DNA of 64,000 nucleotides from SAR86 cluster bacterium. Its GTDB lineage: Bacteria > Pseudomonadota > Gammaproteobacteria > Magnimaribacterales > AG-339-G14. Where the stretch lies: the NCBI GenBank assembly GCA_028135785.1, contig JAOIHS010000001.1:63194-127193 (forward strand). Direction: 5' to 3'. The notes below the pieces were generated by a model. The model was given only the letters and a program-made list of their open reading frames with translations, did no database searches and was not told where the DNA came from. Shown one piece after another: positions 47,523 to 58,411 of the stretch. A program made the translations under genes and the position numbers. The first letter of the stretch is position 1, and every line of letters starts with the position of its first letter.

Positions 47523-48702
47523 TAAAAACTCTTTTTTTTGAGATTGCTTCTTGAGCAACCTCAAAGTTAATTCTAAGGATTAAAGATATTAGAGCAAACA
47601 TAAGCATTAAGTTAGTCCCACCAAAACTTATAAAAGGGAGAGTCATTCCTTTTGTAGGTAACATTCCACTCGAGACACCGATATTTATAAAAACATGAAG
47701 AGCAATGCAAACGCCTATGCCATAAGCAATATAAGAGCCAAGAAAATGCTCAGCAAGTCTTGCTAATCTGCCCACATAAAAACATTTAAAAATAAGATAA
47801 GAAAATAAGCAGACTAGCAATATGCAAAAAATAAGGCCTAATTCTTCAGCTATTATGGCGAATATAAAATCAGTTTGAGCATCCGGCAGATAATGAAGTT
47901 TTTGAAGACTTTCTCCAAGTCCAACCCCAAACCAATCACCTCTGCTATAAGCAATTAATGAATGAGAAAGCTGCCAGCCCCCTTCCTCATAGGTTTCCCA
48001 CGGATTCATAAAACTCAATATTCTTCTCATGCGCCAAGGCACAGTCAGAATCATAATTATAAAAACTGACATTCCTAAAGAAAAAATTAAAAGTAAATTT
48101 TTTAAAGGCGCTCCTGCAATAAACATTATGCTTAAAGCAACTACAAATATGACAGCAGATGATCCTAAATCAGGTTCAAATAAAATTAAGGCAATAGCTA
48201 AGATAACTATGAATATTGGCTTTCCAAAGCCTATCCACCTTTCTTTAAATTCCAGCAGCCTTCTTGAGCAGTAGCTGGATATATAAATAATTAATGAAAA
48301 TTTCATCATTTCAGAAGGTTGAAAAGAAAAACCCATAAACCTTATCCATCTATTGGCTCCATTTACCTCTTGACCAATATTTGGAACATATACTAAAAAT
48401 AAAAGTAAAAAGGTTATTAGTAATAAATGAATATCAATTTTAGTCCATAGATTTATTGGATATCTAAATATCAAGAACCCCATAAATAAAGCCATAATTA
48501 TTTTAATGATATGCGAAAAAGTCATAGATAAATTTCCGCCTGTTATAGGAAGAGTTACAGAAGCGACCATTACAACCCCAATAAGAGTCAATAAGAAAAC
48601 AGAACCTATAATTCCCCAGTCAAAATCGTCTAAAGTGAAATCCCTATAGGATTCGCCCAATAAAACTCTTTGCCATTTAGATTGTTTAATGATTTTTTTC
48701 AC
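47515..48702 (-). CDS. ftsW: peptidoglycan glycosyltransferase FtsW (SEDS)
   Basis: A polytopic SEDS protein; QPSEMMKF and LPTKGMTLPFISFGG motifs. Confidence 0.93.
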   Translation of the reverse strand: MKKIIKQSKWQRVLLGESYRDFTLDDFDWGIIGSVFLLTLIGVVMVASVTLPITGGNLSMTFSHIIKIIMALFMGFLIFRYPINLWTKIDIHLLLITFLLLFLVYVPNIGQEVNGANRWIRFMGFSFQPSEMMKFSLIIYISSYCSRRLLEFKERWIGFGKPIFIVILAIALILFEPDLGSSAVIFVVALSIMFIAGAPLKNLLLIFSLGMSVFIIMILTVPWRMRRILSFMNPWETYEEGGWQLSHSLIAYSRGDWFGVGLGESLQKLHYLPDAQTDFIFAIIAEELGLIFCILLVCLFSYLIFKCFYVGRLARLAEHFLGSYIAYGIGVCIALHVFINIGVSSGMLPTKGMTLPFISFGGTNLMLMFALISLILRINFEVAQEAISKKRVFNV

Positions 48703-49903
48703 CTAAAATAATTTTCTTAAAGAAATCACCTCTTTCTTCGTAATTCAAAAATGCATCAAAACTAGCGCAGCCTGGAGATAGAAGCAGAACTTCATTAGAA
48801 GAGATTAATTCACTAGCTTTAAGAACAGCGTCTTTAAAATCATTTACTAAAAAGCATTTTTCTTTAGCAATATTTTTCTTGATGAGATCTTTATCTTTTC
48901 CAAATAAAATAATATTTTTACAGTTGTTATTCAGAAATGAAGAGAATTCAGAAAAGTCGGTACCCTTTCCATCTCCACCGCATAAAATATTTATTTCGCC
49001 AAACTTGGAGGCTGTCTTAACTGCTTCCATGCACGCACCTATATTTGTAGCTTTAGAGTCATTTATAAATATATTGCCTAATGAATCTTTAAAGAAAATT
49101 TCGAATCGATGTGCCGGTTTTTTAAAATTCTTTAAGCTTTTTTTTAGGTCTATTGTTAACTTTAAGGAATCTATTACAGTTTTAACTGCGTTAAAATTTT
49201 TATCATCTATTTCAATTTCTTCATCTTCAAAATATATATCTAATTTATCGCTAATAAATTTATCTGATTTGCTTCCAATAGTTTTCTTGGCTTTTTTAAA
49301 TATTGAGTTTTTTAAACCAGCATATTCATTAAAAGAATCGTGCTTATCTAAATGATCAACAGATATATTCAAAACTACCGCAATATCACTTTCTAAGTCA
49401 CTACTTATTTCAATCTGAAAACTAGAAACTTCTAATATCGAATAATCTAAACCTCTGTTTAGATAATCTAAGGCAGGATTTCCTATATTTCCTATTGCCT
49501 TGGCTAAAAATCCATTTTCATTAAGAACGTGCTCAATCATCTTTGAAACTGTAGTCTTTCCATTAGTACCAGTTATTATAATTTTTATAGAATTATCTTT
49601 TTTTGTAAAAATTTCTATATCACTAGATATAGGAATTTTGTTTTCTTTTGCTTTCTTTAAAATTAAATGTTTTTTATTAAACCCAGGAGAGCAAATTATT
49701 TCTGAAATATTTTTGTATCGAATATTTTTTTCTTCTATTAACTTAGAGGAATAGCTTTTATTTGCTAAAAAGTTTTTTGGTAAATCGCCTAGCTTTCTGG
49801 TGTCAAAAAAAAAGAAGTTTTCTTTATTTTCTAAATATCTTCCAATAGATTGACCTGTAAGACCTGCTCCTAAAACCAATACAAAGTCTTCTTTGCCAGT
49901 CAT
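48686..49903 (-). CDS. murD: UDP-N-acetylmuramoylalanine--D-glutamate ligase
   Basis: VLGAGLTGQS and ITGTNGKTT motifs; located in the dcw cluster. Confidence 0.92.
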   Translation of the reverse strand: MTGKEDFVLVLGAGLTGQSIGRYLENKENFFFFDTRKLGDLPKNFLANKSYSSKLIEEKNIRYKNISEIICSPGFNKKHLILKKAKENKIPISSDIEIFTKKDNSIKIIITGTNGKTTVSKMIEHVLNENGFLAKAIGNIGNPALDYLNRGLDYSILEVSSFQIEISSDLESDIAVVLNISVDHLDKHDSFNEYAGLKNSIFKKAKKTIGSKSDKFISDKLDIYFEDEEIEIDDKNFNAVKTVIDSLKLTIDLKKSLKNFKKPAHRFEIFFKDSLGNIFINDSKATNIGACMEAVKTASKFGEINILCGGDGKGTDFSEFSSFLNNNCKNIILFGKDKDLIKKNIAKEKCFLVNDFKDAVLKASELISSNEVLLLSPGCASFDAFLNYEERGDFFKKIILGEKNH

Positions 49904-49911
49904 TATTAAAA

Positions 49912-50994
49912 TTATCTAAGTCTGAAAGTTGCCAATGCAAATAAGACGAGAATTAAAGTTATTATCCAAAATCTTACAATTATTTTGGGTTCAGCCCAAC
50001 CGGATAATTCAAAATGATGATGAATTGGAGACATTTTAAATACTCTTTTTCCTCTTAATTTAAAAGAAGTGACTTGAATTATTACTGAAAGTGTTTCAAT
50101 TACAAAAACTCCTCCCATTATCGCAAGAATTACCTCTTGCCTTATTATGACTGCGATTGTTCCAAGAGCTGCTCCCAAGGAAAGCGAACCCACATCTCCC
50201 ATGAAAATTTGAGCAGGATAAGTATTAAACCAAAGAAATCCTATTCCTGCACCTATGAGAGACCCGCAAACAATAAGTATCTCTCCAGAGTTAGGAAGAT
50301 AAGGAATATTTAGATATTCAGAGAAAATTATATTTCCTGACATATAAGCAACTAGCCCTAAACCACCTGCAACCATAACCGAAGGCATAATTGCCAAGCC
50401 ATCTAACCCATCGGTAAGATTTACAGCATTACTAGAACCGACTATTACAAAGAGAGAAATTAATATGAATGATAAGCCTAATTCTAGAGAGAAGTTTTTA
50501 AAAAAAGGAAGTATCAAACTGGTTTCTTGGGGAGTTTCTGCAGATATATAAAGAAAAGAAACTGCTAGTAAAGCAAATAGAATTTGCCAAAATAATTTAG
50601 CTTTTCCAGAAAGGCCATCACTATTTTGTTTTTTAAGTTTCAAGTAATCATCTAAAAAACCCAAAAGACCAAACGAGGATATTACAAATAATAAAACCCA
50701 TAAAAATCTATTTTCTAAGTTACCCCAGCATAGAGAAGAAAAAATTATGGCCCCCAATATCAACAAACCTCCCATAGTAGGGGTGCCTCCTTTTTCAAGA
50801 TGAGATTGAGGCCCTACAGTTCTAATAACTTGTCCGTATTTTTGATTTTTTAAATATTTTATTATGGGGTGTCCTAAAGCTAAGCAAAAAATTAAGGCTG
50901 TCAGAGTAGATAAGATAGCTCGAAAAGTAATGTAATTAAAAACCCTAAAAGGCCCATAACTTTCTGCTAAATAATCTAATAAAGGTAAAAACAT
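49912..50994 (-). CDS. mraY: phospho-N-acetylmuramoyl-pentapeptide transferase
   Basis: [22 protein letters not shown] and MGDVGS motifs. Confidence 0.96.
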   Translation of the reverse strand: MFLPLLDYLAESYGPFRVFNYITFRAILSTLTALIFCLALGHPIIKYLKNQKYGQVIRTVGPQSHLEKGGTPTMGGLLILGAIIFSSLCWGNLENRFLWVLLFVISSFGLLGFLDDYLKLKKQNSDGLSGKAKLFWQILFALLAVSFLYISAETPQETSLILPFFKNFSLELGLSFILISLFVIVGSSNAVNLTDGLDGLAIMPSVMVAGGLGLVAYMSGNIIFSEYLNIPYLPNSGEILIVCGSLIGAGIGFLWFNTYPAQIFMGDVGSLSLGAALGTIAVIIRQEVILAIMGGVFVIETLSVIIQVTSFKLRGKRVFKMSPIHHHFELSGWAEPKIIVRFWIITLILVLFALATFRLR

Positions 50995-50997
50995 ATG

Positions 50998-52248
50998 CTA
51001 TAAAAATAGTTGAACAATCTTCTCCATTCTAACTGATCTAGAAGCTTTAAATAGAACAATAGAGTCTTCGTTAAGAAAATTTGAAAGAGTTTCTTTAATT
51101 TGATTAGAAGATATAATTTTCAGATTTTTAAAATCACATTCTGTCTCAATTTCTAAAGCTATCACCAGATCAAATGTATCGCATGCTGATTTTATTATTT
51201 CATTCTGAAGAAATTGATAATTTTCTCCTAATTCTGACATGCTTCCCATTACACAGATTTTTTTCTTAAAATTTAAAGATTTTATTTTTTTAAAAGCCGC
51301 ATAGAAAGAATCTGGATTTGCATTATATGTATCATCCATAATCGTAACTTTATTTTTGCCCATTTTTATTTGTTGTCTGCCAGATACAGAAAAATATTCT
51401 TCTACATGCTTTATTTCATTTTTAGTCGGATAAAAATTTTGTCCTCCTACATCGTTTAAGCTTGAAATAATAGATAGTGCCATCTCCATATTTTGATCGA
51501 AACTCAATCTATCTGATTCATCAAGAATAATTAAATTTTTTGATCCTGATTTTTCTCTTGCCTTTGAAAGAAAATCTTTTTTTATTCGAATTAAACAATT
51601 TCCATCTGATTTTACTGAATTAAATAAATCTGTTTTCTCTTCCATGACTCCATCAATATCAGAAAGCCCTTCCAGGTGAGATCTTCCTATGTTCGTAATG
51701 GCACCAATATCTGGATTGAGAAAAGAAGATAAATCTTTAATTTCTCCTTTTGCGTTGGTACCTAATTCAAAAATAGCCAATTGATGCGACTTATCAACTT
51801 CCAGTAAAGAATAATAGAGGCCTAATTTATTATTCCAATTTCCGGGACTTTTAAAAACGCCTTCTGGATAAAAGTTCTCCAACAAGTCAGATAAGATTTG
51901 CTTTGTTGATGTTTTACCATTACTTCCTGTTATTGCTACAACCTTGCCATTGAACAATTTTCTTTGAGCTTTAGCTGTCTTTTCTAGAAATAACTTTGTT
52001 GAAGAAGTTTTAATATATGAAATTGACAACTTTAGGATTTTCTCTGAAATTAAGCATATAGCTCCTTTATCTATTGCCTCATCTAAATAATCGTGGCCAT
52101 CATAGTTAACACCTTTAAGAGCTAAAAATATATCGCCTTTTTCAATTGATCTAGTATCTGTTGAGATTTTAGAAAAATTAGAGTCTTGTCCAATTAGCTT
52201 ACCGTCTCCTATTTTGGCTAAATTACTTAATTTATGCTCTATCAACAT
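50998..52248 (-). CDS. murF: UDP-N-acetylmuramoyl-tripeptide--D-alanyl-D-alanine ligase
   Basis: ITGSNGKTSTK and DDTYNANP motifs; 416 aa. Confidence 0.92.
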   Translation of the reverse strand: MLIEHKLSNLAKIGDGKLIGQDSNFSKISTDTRSIEKGDIFLALKGVNYDGHDYLDEAIDKGAICLISEKILKLSISYIKTSSTKLFLEKTAKAQRKLFNGKVVAITGSNGKTSTKQILSDLLENFYPEGVFKSPGNWNNKLGLYYSLLEVDKSHQLAIFELGTNAKGEIKDLSSFLNPDIGAITNIGRSHLEGLSDIDGVMEEKTDLFNSVKSDGNCLIRIKKDFLSKAREKSGSKNLIILDESDRLSFDQNMEMALSIISSLNDVGGQNFYPTKNEIKHVEEYFSVSGRQQIKMGKNKVTIMDDTYNANPDSFYAAFKKIKSLNFKKKICVMGSMSELGENYQFLQNEIIKSACDTFDLVIALEIETECDFKNLKIISSNQIKETLSNFLNEDSIVLFKASRSVRMEKIVQLFL

Positions 52249-53664
52249 CTAATTATGACTCCTGATAATATCGAAATCATTAGATTTAATAAATTTACCT
52301 GAAATTTCCTGAAATGATTCATGTCCTTTTCCTGCGATCAACAGCACAGAATCCTTTTCTTTGTTCTTTAATTTATTTAGACCAGTTTTTATTGCTATTG
52401 TTCGATCATAAATAACTTCTGTTTTAGATTTATCCTTTATTCCTTTTAATATTTCTAAAGATATTTTTTCTGGGTTCTCTAATCTTGGGTTGTCATTTGT
52501 AATAATTATATTATCAGCCATAGATGCTGCTATTTCTCCCATTAAGGATCGCTTGCCATTATCCCTCTCTCCACCACATCCAAATATACAAATAAGAGCT
52601 CCGGCATATTTATTCCTTAAACTTTGCAAGGTAATTTTTAAAGCTTCTGGAGTATGTGCGTAGTCTATGTAGCAACTTTGATCAAATTTTAATTTAACTA
52701 ATTCTAAACGGCCTGGAAGACCTTTTAATTTTTTTAAATTAGTCTCTTTTATTTTTTTTGTTTCACTTGCAGCCAAAAATAGACCTAAGGAAGATGCAAT
52801 ATTCATCATGGAATGTTGAGCAAAAATTTCTTTGGGTAAATTTATTTTTAGCCAAGGAGAATGAATAGTAGAAATTTCTTTTTTAATTTCTAAATAAATA
52901 TCAGCATTTTTATCTAATGAAGATAATGAGATAAAGTTTTTATTTTGTCTAACTATCTTTTTCCCAAGATTAGATTCAGTATTAATAACGGCGTTATTAA
53001 ATAAATTTTCTTCAAAAAAACTTTCTTTTACTTTAGAGTATTCATTTATAGAACCATGGTAATCGAGATGATCTCTTGAGAAACTAGTTAAACAGCCATA
53101 ATCAAATTCTATACCTTCGACTCTTTTCTGATGAATTGCGTGAGAAGAAACCTCAAAAATAATAGATTGTTTTTTTTCTTCTACACATTTTTTAATAATT
53201 TTATTTAATAAAAAAACATCTGGAGTAGTCAATTTAGAATAATGACTTTCTTTATTATCGAAATTCGAAATTAATCCTGCTTTTTCTCCATGGAGCATCA
53301 TTATTTGATGAAGATAACTTGCGACTGAGGACTTTCCATTTGTCCCTGTAATACCAAAGACTTCAATTTTTTTTGAGGGACAATTGTAAAAATCATTACT
53401 AAGGTTGCTCAACCTTTCTTTTAAATCTTTAATAAAAATAATAGGGATACTTGCTTCGATATTAATCTCAAGATTAGTTAAGATAACTTTAGCTCCTTTT
53501 AGAACAACTTCTTTATAATATAATTTTCTGTTTTTTATTGACCCATCAATAGAAACAAATATATCTCCTTTATTTATTTCTTTAGAATTTATAGAAATAG
53601 AATTTAAAGATATATCCTCAGATATTAGCTTTTTTGTTTCTGGAACTAATTCGTATATATTCAT
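52249..53664 (-). CDS. murE: UDP-N-acetylmuramoyl-L-alanyl-D-glutamate--2,6-diaminopimelate ligase
   Basis: ITGTNGKSS, DYAHTPEAL and DNPR motifs. Confidence 0.92.
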   Translation of the reverse strand: MNIYELVPETKKLISEDISLNSISINSKEINKGDIFVSIDGSIKNRKLYYKEVVLKGAKVILTNLEINIEASIPIIFIKDLKERLSNLSNDFYNCPSKKIEVFGITGTNGKSSVASYLHQIMMLHGEKAGLISNFDNKESHYSKLTTPDVFLLNKIIKKCVEEKKQSIIFEVSSHAIHQKRVEGIEFDYGCLTSFSRDHLDYHGSINEYSKVKESFFEENLFNNAVINTESNLGKKIVRQNKNFISLSSLDKNADIYLEIKKEISTIHSPWLKINLPKEIFAQHSMMNIASSLGLFLAASETKKIKETNLKKLKGLPGRLELVKLKFDQSCYIDYAHTPEALKITLQSLRNKYAGALICIFGCGGERDNGKRSLMGEIAASMADNIIITNDNPRLENPEKISLEILKGIKDKSKTEVIYDRTIAIKTGLNKLKNKEKDSVLLIAGKGHESFQEISGKFIKSNDFDIIRSHN

Positions 53665-55292
53665 TAATAAGTATTTTGGATGCTTTTCAATATATTAGAA
53701 AAAATTGGGGCAGCCACCTGTCCCCCTCCTTCCCCATTTTCTTTTGCATTCCTGACTATAATTCCAATTACATAATCTTTATCATCAAATTTAGCATTTC
53801 CGATAAAACTTGCATTATATGATTCTTCTGTATAACCCTTTACCCCTAATCTTTTTGTAGTTCCGGTTTTTCCAATAACAGTTATGTTCTTTACTAATGC
53901 TTTTTTTCCTGTTCCTAATTCAACTGCATTACTTAACATTTTATTTATTTTAAGAGCTGTTTTATTTGAAACTATTTTTTCATCGAATGCTTCAAAAGAT
54001 TTAGAAATTAAGTTGAGTCCTTTGTCTTCTCCACTAGAAAATAAGGCTGTGTAAGCAGACACTAATTGAATCAATGTAACTTGCATACCGTACCCATAAC
54101 ACAAACTAACCTTTTCTCTATCTGATATTTTTTCACTGTTCGGTAAATATCCTTCTCTGGTAGATATAAATATTCCACTCATATATCTACCGAAACCCCA
54201 CTCATATAAATTTTTAATAATTGCATCTGATTTAGCTTTGTCACACAACTTAATCATTCCTACATTACTAGATTTAGATATTATTTCTGAAAGATTTAGA
54301 AGCCCGTAATCTCTAAAGTCTTTCGTTACAAATCCCTTATAGTCAATATATCCAGGAGAGGTCTGCACTGTTATGTCGTCATTGACAATGCCTTCTTCTA
54401 TCAAGCCAGCTAACGACAAAGGTTTGATTGTTGACCCTGGTTCAAACAAATCAGTTACAGCTCGATTAGCCAATAATTTAGGATCCATGCCTCTTCTATT
54501 ATTTGGATCGAAACTAGGGTAATTGGCTATAGCAAGAATATCTCTTGATTTAAGATCTACTAAGATTGCTGAAGCTGAAGAGGCTTTAAAAAAATCTGTA
54601 GCAATTTCTAATTGATCATAAACTAAATATTGCAGCTTAGAATCAAGAGTAGTTATTACGTCCAATCCGTGTTGTGGAGGAGTAGTTTCAGATTCAATAA
54701 CTTTACCTTTATTTGTTCTTGTAAATCTCTTTTGGCCATCGATACCAGATAATTTTTTATTTATTGATAGCTCAATACCTTCCTGACCGTTATTTTCAAA
54801 ATCAGTCAAACCTATAACTTGTGAAATTACCTTTCCTTCAGGGTAGCTTCTTTTATACTTTGGAATACTTCTTAATCCTGAAATCTTTAAAATCTTTAAT
54901 GAATTTAATTGATCTTGAGTAGCGTTATGACTTACGACAATATATTTTCTTTTTTTATCCGAAAGTTTATTTTTTAATTTCTCTAAATTGAATAAAAGTA
55001 TTTTTGATATTGAAGAAATATGAAATGGATCAAAAGAAAAGCTTCTTATCTCTATTCCTATTTCATAAGCAGGGATATCTTCAGCAAGCGTTATAAAATT
55101 TCTATCTAATATCTTTCCTCTTCTAGAAAGAAGAATTTCTGATCTTTCAGAACTTTGTTTTGATTTACTAAGAGCTATTTCAAATTCATTTTTCTGTAAG
55201 AAATAAAACCTAATCGGCAGGGAAGCTAACAAGCAAAATACAAAGAACCAAATTATTAATTCTCTATACTTGCTTGTTAAATCAAAATTCAA
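53664..55292 (-). CDS. ftsI: peptidoglycan D,D-transpeptidase FtsI (PBP3)
   Basis: An N-terminal TM segment plus STIKP (SxxK), SSN (SxN) and KTGT motifs. The TTG start lies 1 nt after the ftsZ TAG. Confidence 0.92.
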   Translation of the reverse strand: MNFDLTSKYRELIIWFFVFCLLASLPIRFYFLQKNEFEIALSKSKQSSERSEILLSRRGKILDRNFITLAEDIPAYEIGIEIRSFSFDPFHISSISKILLFNLEKLKNKLSDKKRKYIVVSHNATQDQLNSLKILKISGLRSIPKYKRSYPEGKVISQVIGLTDFENNGQEGIELSINKKLSGIDGQKRFTRTNKGKVIESETTPPQHGLDVITTLDSKLQYLVYDQLEIATDFFKASSASAILVDLKSRDILAIANYPSFDPNNRRGMDPKLLANRAVTDLFEPGSTIKPLSLAGLIEEGIVNDDITVQTSPGYIDYKGFVTKDFRDYGLLNLSEIISKSSNVGMIKLCDKAKSDAIIKNLYEWGFGRYMSGIFISTREGYLPNSEKISDREKVSLCYGYGMQVTLIQLVSAYTALFSSGEDKGLNLISKSFEAFDEKIVSNKTALKINKMLSNAVELGTGKKALVKNITVIGKTGTTKRLGVKGYTEESYNASFIGNAKFDDKDYVIGIIVRNAKENGEGGGQVAAPIFSNILKSIQNTY

Positions 55293-55293
55293 G

Positions 55294-56415
55294 CTAATCT
55301 ATTTGACGTTTAACAAAAGATGGAACATCTAGATAATCTAAAGACGCCTCTCTCTCTACCTCTTCTAAATCTGTAATCGATTTTACTGAACTAATAGGCG
55401 CAACTTGAGATGTTTTCAGACCAAAGCGATCTGATGAAGAATTACTTCTTTGATTTTCGTCTCCCAGCCCTGTTGCAACTATAGTTACTTTTAAGTCGCC
55501 AGCATCCATGGTTTTATCTATTGATGCTCCGTGAATTATCGTTGCATCCTCAGCAGCAAATTGATCTATTTGCTCAAGTACCTTTTCAATCTCACCAATA
55601 CTAACTTTTTCTCCACCTGTAATATTAACTAAGACTCCTCTAGCATTTTGTAAATTGATATCCTCTAACAGAGGACTTCCAACTGCAGCTGAAGCTGCTT
55701 CTAAAGCTCTACTAGGACCTGATGCAACTCCTGTTCCCATCATTGCTGTTCCTTGCTCAGACATAACAGTTTTGACATCTCGGAAATCAACATTAATGGT
55801 TCCTACTTTTGTAATAATGTCAGAAATTCCCCTTACAGCGCCTAAAAGAACATCATTTCCATGGGCGAATGCTTCAATGAAGTCACAATCTCCTCCATGT
55901 ACTTCAGAAAGCTTTTGATTAGGAATGGTAATCAAAGAATCTACTTCTGCTCTTAGCGCCTTAATTCCTTCCTCGGTAATTTTATTCTTTCTTTCTAAAT
56001 TAAGTGGTTTAGTTACAACGGCAACTGTTAAAGCTCCTATTGATTTAGCTACTTGAGCAACAATCGGAGATGCTCCTGTTCCAGTCCCGCCTCCCATTCC
56101 GGCTGCGATAAAGACCATATCCGAGCCTTCAAGTAAGGTCTCTAAGCGTTCGTAGTCATCTAAAGCTGTATCTCTTCCAACTTCTGGTTTTGCTCCAGCA
56201 CCTTGTCCATTATTGGTAAGCTCCCCCAATGTATGTTTTACATCAGCCGTGCACTTTTCAAGAGCCTGACTATCAGTATTAATAGCGATAGTCTCTACTC
56301 CATCCAACCCGCCTTCAACCATGTGATCAATAGCATTTCCACCACAACCTCCAACTCCAACAACTCTAATTAGAGCTCCTGGTTGCCCAGTTTTTTCGAT
56401 TACTTTCCAGTTCAT
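55294..56415 (-). CDS. ftsZ: cell division protein FtsZ
   Basis: GVGGCGGNA, GGGTGTGASP and the C-terminal peptide DYLDVPSFVKRQ. Confidence 0.98.
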   Translation of the reverse strand: MNWKVIEKTGQPGALIRVVGVGGCGGNAIDHMVEGGLDGVETIAINTDSQALEKCTADVKHTLGELTNNGQGAGAKPEVGRDTALDDYERLETLLEGSDMVFIAAGMGGGTGTGASPIVAQVAKSIGALTVAVVTKPLNLERKNKITEEGIKALRAEVDSLITIPNQKLSEVHGGDCDFIEAFAHGNDVLLGAVRGISDIITKVGTINVDFRDVKTVMSEQGTAMMGTGVASGPSRALEAASAAVGSPLLEDINLQNARGVLVNITGGEKVSIGEIEKVLEQIDQFAAEDATIIHGASIDKTMDAGDLKVTIVATGLGDENQRSNSSSDRFGLKTSQVAPISSVKSITDLEEVEREASLDYLDVPSFVKRQID

Positions 56416-56434
56416 AGTAGCCTCCTATAAAAAT

Positions 56435-57664
56435 TTAAAAGTTATTTTGAATCCATTTAAAAGCTTGATTAACCAAGCCTTTATTTCTCGTAAATGCAAA
56501 ATCTAGATAATCTTCTTCAGTTTCTTTTTGCCCATAAAGTACTAAGCCTATTGAAGTAGAGTAGATAGGATTTTTTAAAATATCAGTTAATCCCACTAGG
56601 CCTCTTGGCTGTCCGACTCTAACTGGAATTTGAAATATCTCTTCTCCTAGTTGAGATATACCCTCTATCTTAGAAGCTCCACCTGTGAGGACTATACCGG
56701 CAGGTAGAACCTGAGATAAATCTGAAATTCCTAAACGCTGCCTAATCAATTGAAATATTTCTGCATATCTATGCTCAATTACGTCTGCAAGAGCCTGTCT
56801 AGAAAAAATTTTGTCTGATCTTCCGTTAATTGACGGAGTAGATATTTTTTCTCCTTCGCTAGTGAGAGAACTTGAAGCGCACCCATATTTTTTCTTAAGA
56901 TCCTCCGCTTGGTCTGTTGGTGTCTGAATTGCTCTAGCAATATCATTCGTTACATGATCTCCACCGACAGGAATATTTACTGTATGGCTAATTGATCCAT
57001 CCATAAAAATTGCTACATCTGAGGTGCCGCCTCCTAAATCTACCAAACAAACACCTAATTTTTTTTCATCTTCAGATAGCACTGCATAACTTGAAGCTAA
57101 TTGCTCAAGAATATAATTCTGGACAGCAATTCCACAAGATTTCATACAAGAGTCGATATTATCTGCTGCATTTTTGCTGCAAGACACTAAATGAACTTTT
57201 GCCTCAAGCCTGACTCCCGCCATGCCTAGAGGCTCTTTGATACCATTTTGCTGATCAATTGAAAAATCTCTAGGTAAGATGTGTAACATCTTATATCCGT
57301 CCTTTATGCTTTGAGCACCCGCAGCATTTATGACTTTGTCAACATCGCTGGCCTTAACCTTTCGATCTCTAATTGGGACCACTCCTTCTGAATTCAAGCC
57401 ACTTGAACTTCCTCCAGATATTCCAACATAGGCTTGATTAACTCTAATTCCAGACATTAACTCAGCTTTATTAGTTGCCTCTCTAATTGCATTTACTGTT
57501 GATTCGATATCTACAACAACTCCGTTTTTAAGGCCTCTAGAAGGATGAGATCCTAAGCCTAAGACTTTTAATCCATCTGGTGTAGAGTCTGTTACCAAAC
57601 AAACTACCTTAGAAGTACCTATATCTATTCCAATTTTTATATTTTGGTAAATATTGCTAGCCAT
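56435..57664 (-). CDS. ftsA: cell division protein FtsA
   Basis: Actin-fold motifs IDIGTSKV, DLGGGTSD and LTGGASK. Confidence 0.96.
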   Translation of the reverse strand: MASNIYQNIKIGIDIGTSKVVCLVTDSTPDGLKVLGLGSHPSRGLKNGVVVDIESTVNAIREATNKAELMSGIRVNQAYVGISGGSSSGLNSEGVVPIRDRKVKASDVDKVINAAGAQSIKDGYKMLHILPRDFSIDQQNGIKEPLGMAGVRLEAKVHLVSCSKNAADNIDSCMKSCGIAVQNYILEQLASSYAVLSEDEKKLGVCLVDLGGGTSDVAIFMDGSISHTVNIPVGGDHVTNDIARAIQTPTDQAEDLKKKYGCASSSLTSEGEKISTPSINGRSDKIFSRQALADVIEHRYAEIFQLIRQRLGISDLSQVLPAGIVLTGGASKIEGISQLGEEIFQIPVRVGQPRGLVGLTDILKNPIYSTSIGLVLYGQKETEEDYLDFAFTRNKGLVNQAFKWIQNNF

Positions 57665-58133
57665 TAAGATATTTGATTGCGATCTTATTTTTATACCTAA
57701 GATCTATTGTTTTAAAATTAGCCATGATTTTTTTTGATTCATTCGAGGTCAGAAAGAAGTGCAATCTATCTAGTTGATCGTCCATTTTAAAATCTTGAAT
57801 TTTAATAACTCTTTTATCTTTTAATGAAATTATTAAGTTTCCCGAATTACTTTTATTTATTCCAACAACTTCTAAATTAAAATTAATTAATTTACTTTGA
57901 ATTTTATAAAAATAATCTATTAGCTTTAATTTTTCAAATCTTGAGCCAAAAAGAAATATCAAATCTCGAGATCCTTCGTTGTTTATTTTTACCAATTCTC
58001 CTGAATTTGAAAGATAAGAATTTCCATTCCATGAAAAATGAGCTTCTTTAAAATATTCATAATTTTTATTATCGCTAAAAGATATTGACGAAGTTGCCAT
58101 AAAAAAGCTTAAAACTATTACAATATTTCTCAC
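57657..58133 (-). CDS. ftsQ: cell division protein FtsQ, miniature form (158 aa)
   Basis: Located immediately upstream of ftsA, with an 8-nt overlap. It has one N-terminal TM segment and the C-terminal FtsQ-like IDLRYKNKIAIKY. Confidence 0.6.
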   Translation of the reverse strand: MRNIVIVLSFFMATSSISFSDNKNYEYFKEAHFSWNGNSYLSNSGELVKINNEGSRDLIFLFGSRFEKLKLIDYFYKIQSKLINFNLEVVGINKSNSGNLIISLKDKRVIKIQDFKMDDQLDRLHFFLTSNESKKIMANFKTIDLRYKNKIAIKYLNG

Positions 58134-58411
58134 TTTTTATACCCTTCGATTACGAGATATGTTTCTATTGGCCTCACCATTGCCAGGTCTATTTTTGAAC
58201 TTTTATTAGCCTCTAAAAATGATTTTTTATACTGTAATTTATTATTCATTTCTATAAAGTCAGTTTCTAGTGCTAAAAATTTAGAATTTTCTTGATCGAG
58301 TAAAGAGTTTATTGATCTTAATTCAAAAACATTTACTGATTTAGTGATCGCTAGATAGACAATACTTAGGCTTAAAAGAGAAATAATTACAATGTTATTT
58401 ATTTTAAGCAT
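58130..58411 (-). CDS. ftsL: cell division protein FtsL
   Basis: 93 aa with a TM segment and a leucine-zipper-like coiled coil; follows rsmH. Confidence 0.8.
   Translation of the reverse strand: MLKINNIVIISLLSLSIVYLAITKSVNVFELRSINSLLDQENSKFLALETDFIEMNNKLQYKKSFLEANKSSKIDLAMVRPIETYLVIEGYKK

Noticed and set aside
48879-49355. A 158-aa plus-strand ORF antisense to murD, unusually long for an AT-rich genome.
   Set aside because: It lies wholly inside a well-supported murD (GTNGKTT ligase motifs). Its composition (S/L/F/I/K-rich, no recognisable motif, no SD) is what an antisense frame of an AT-rich gene produces. There is no independent evidence for expression.
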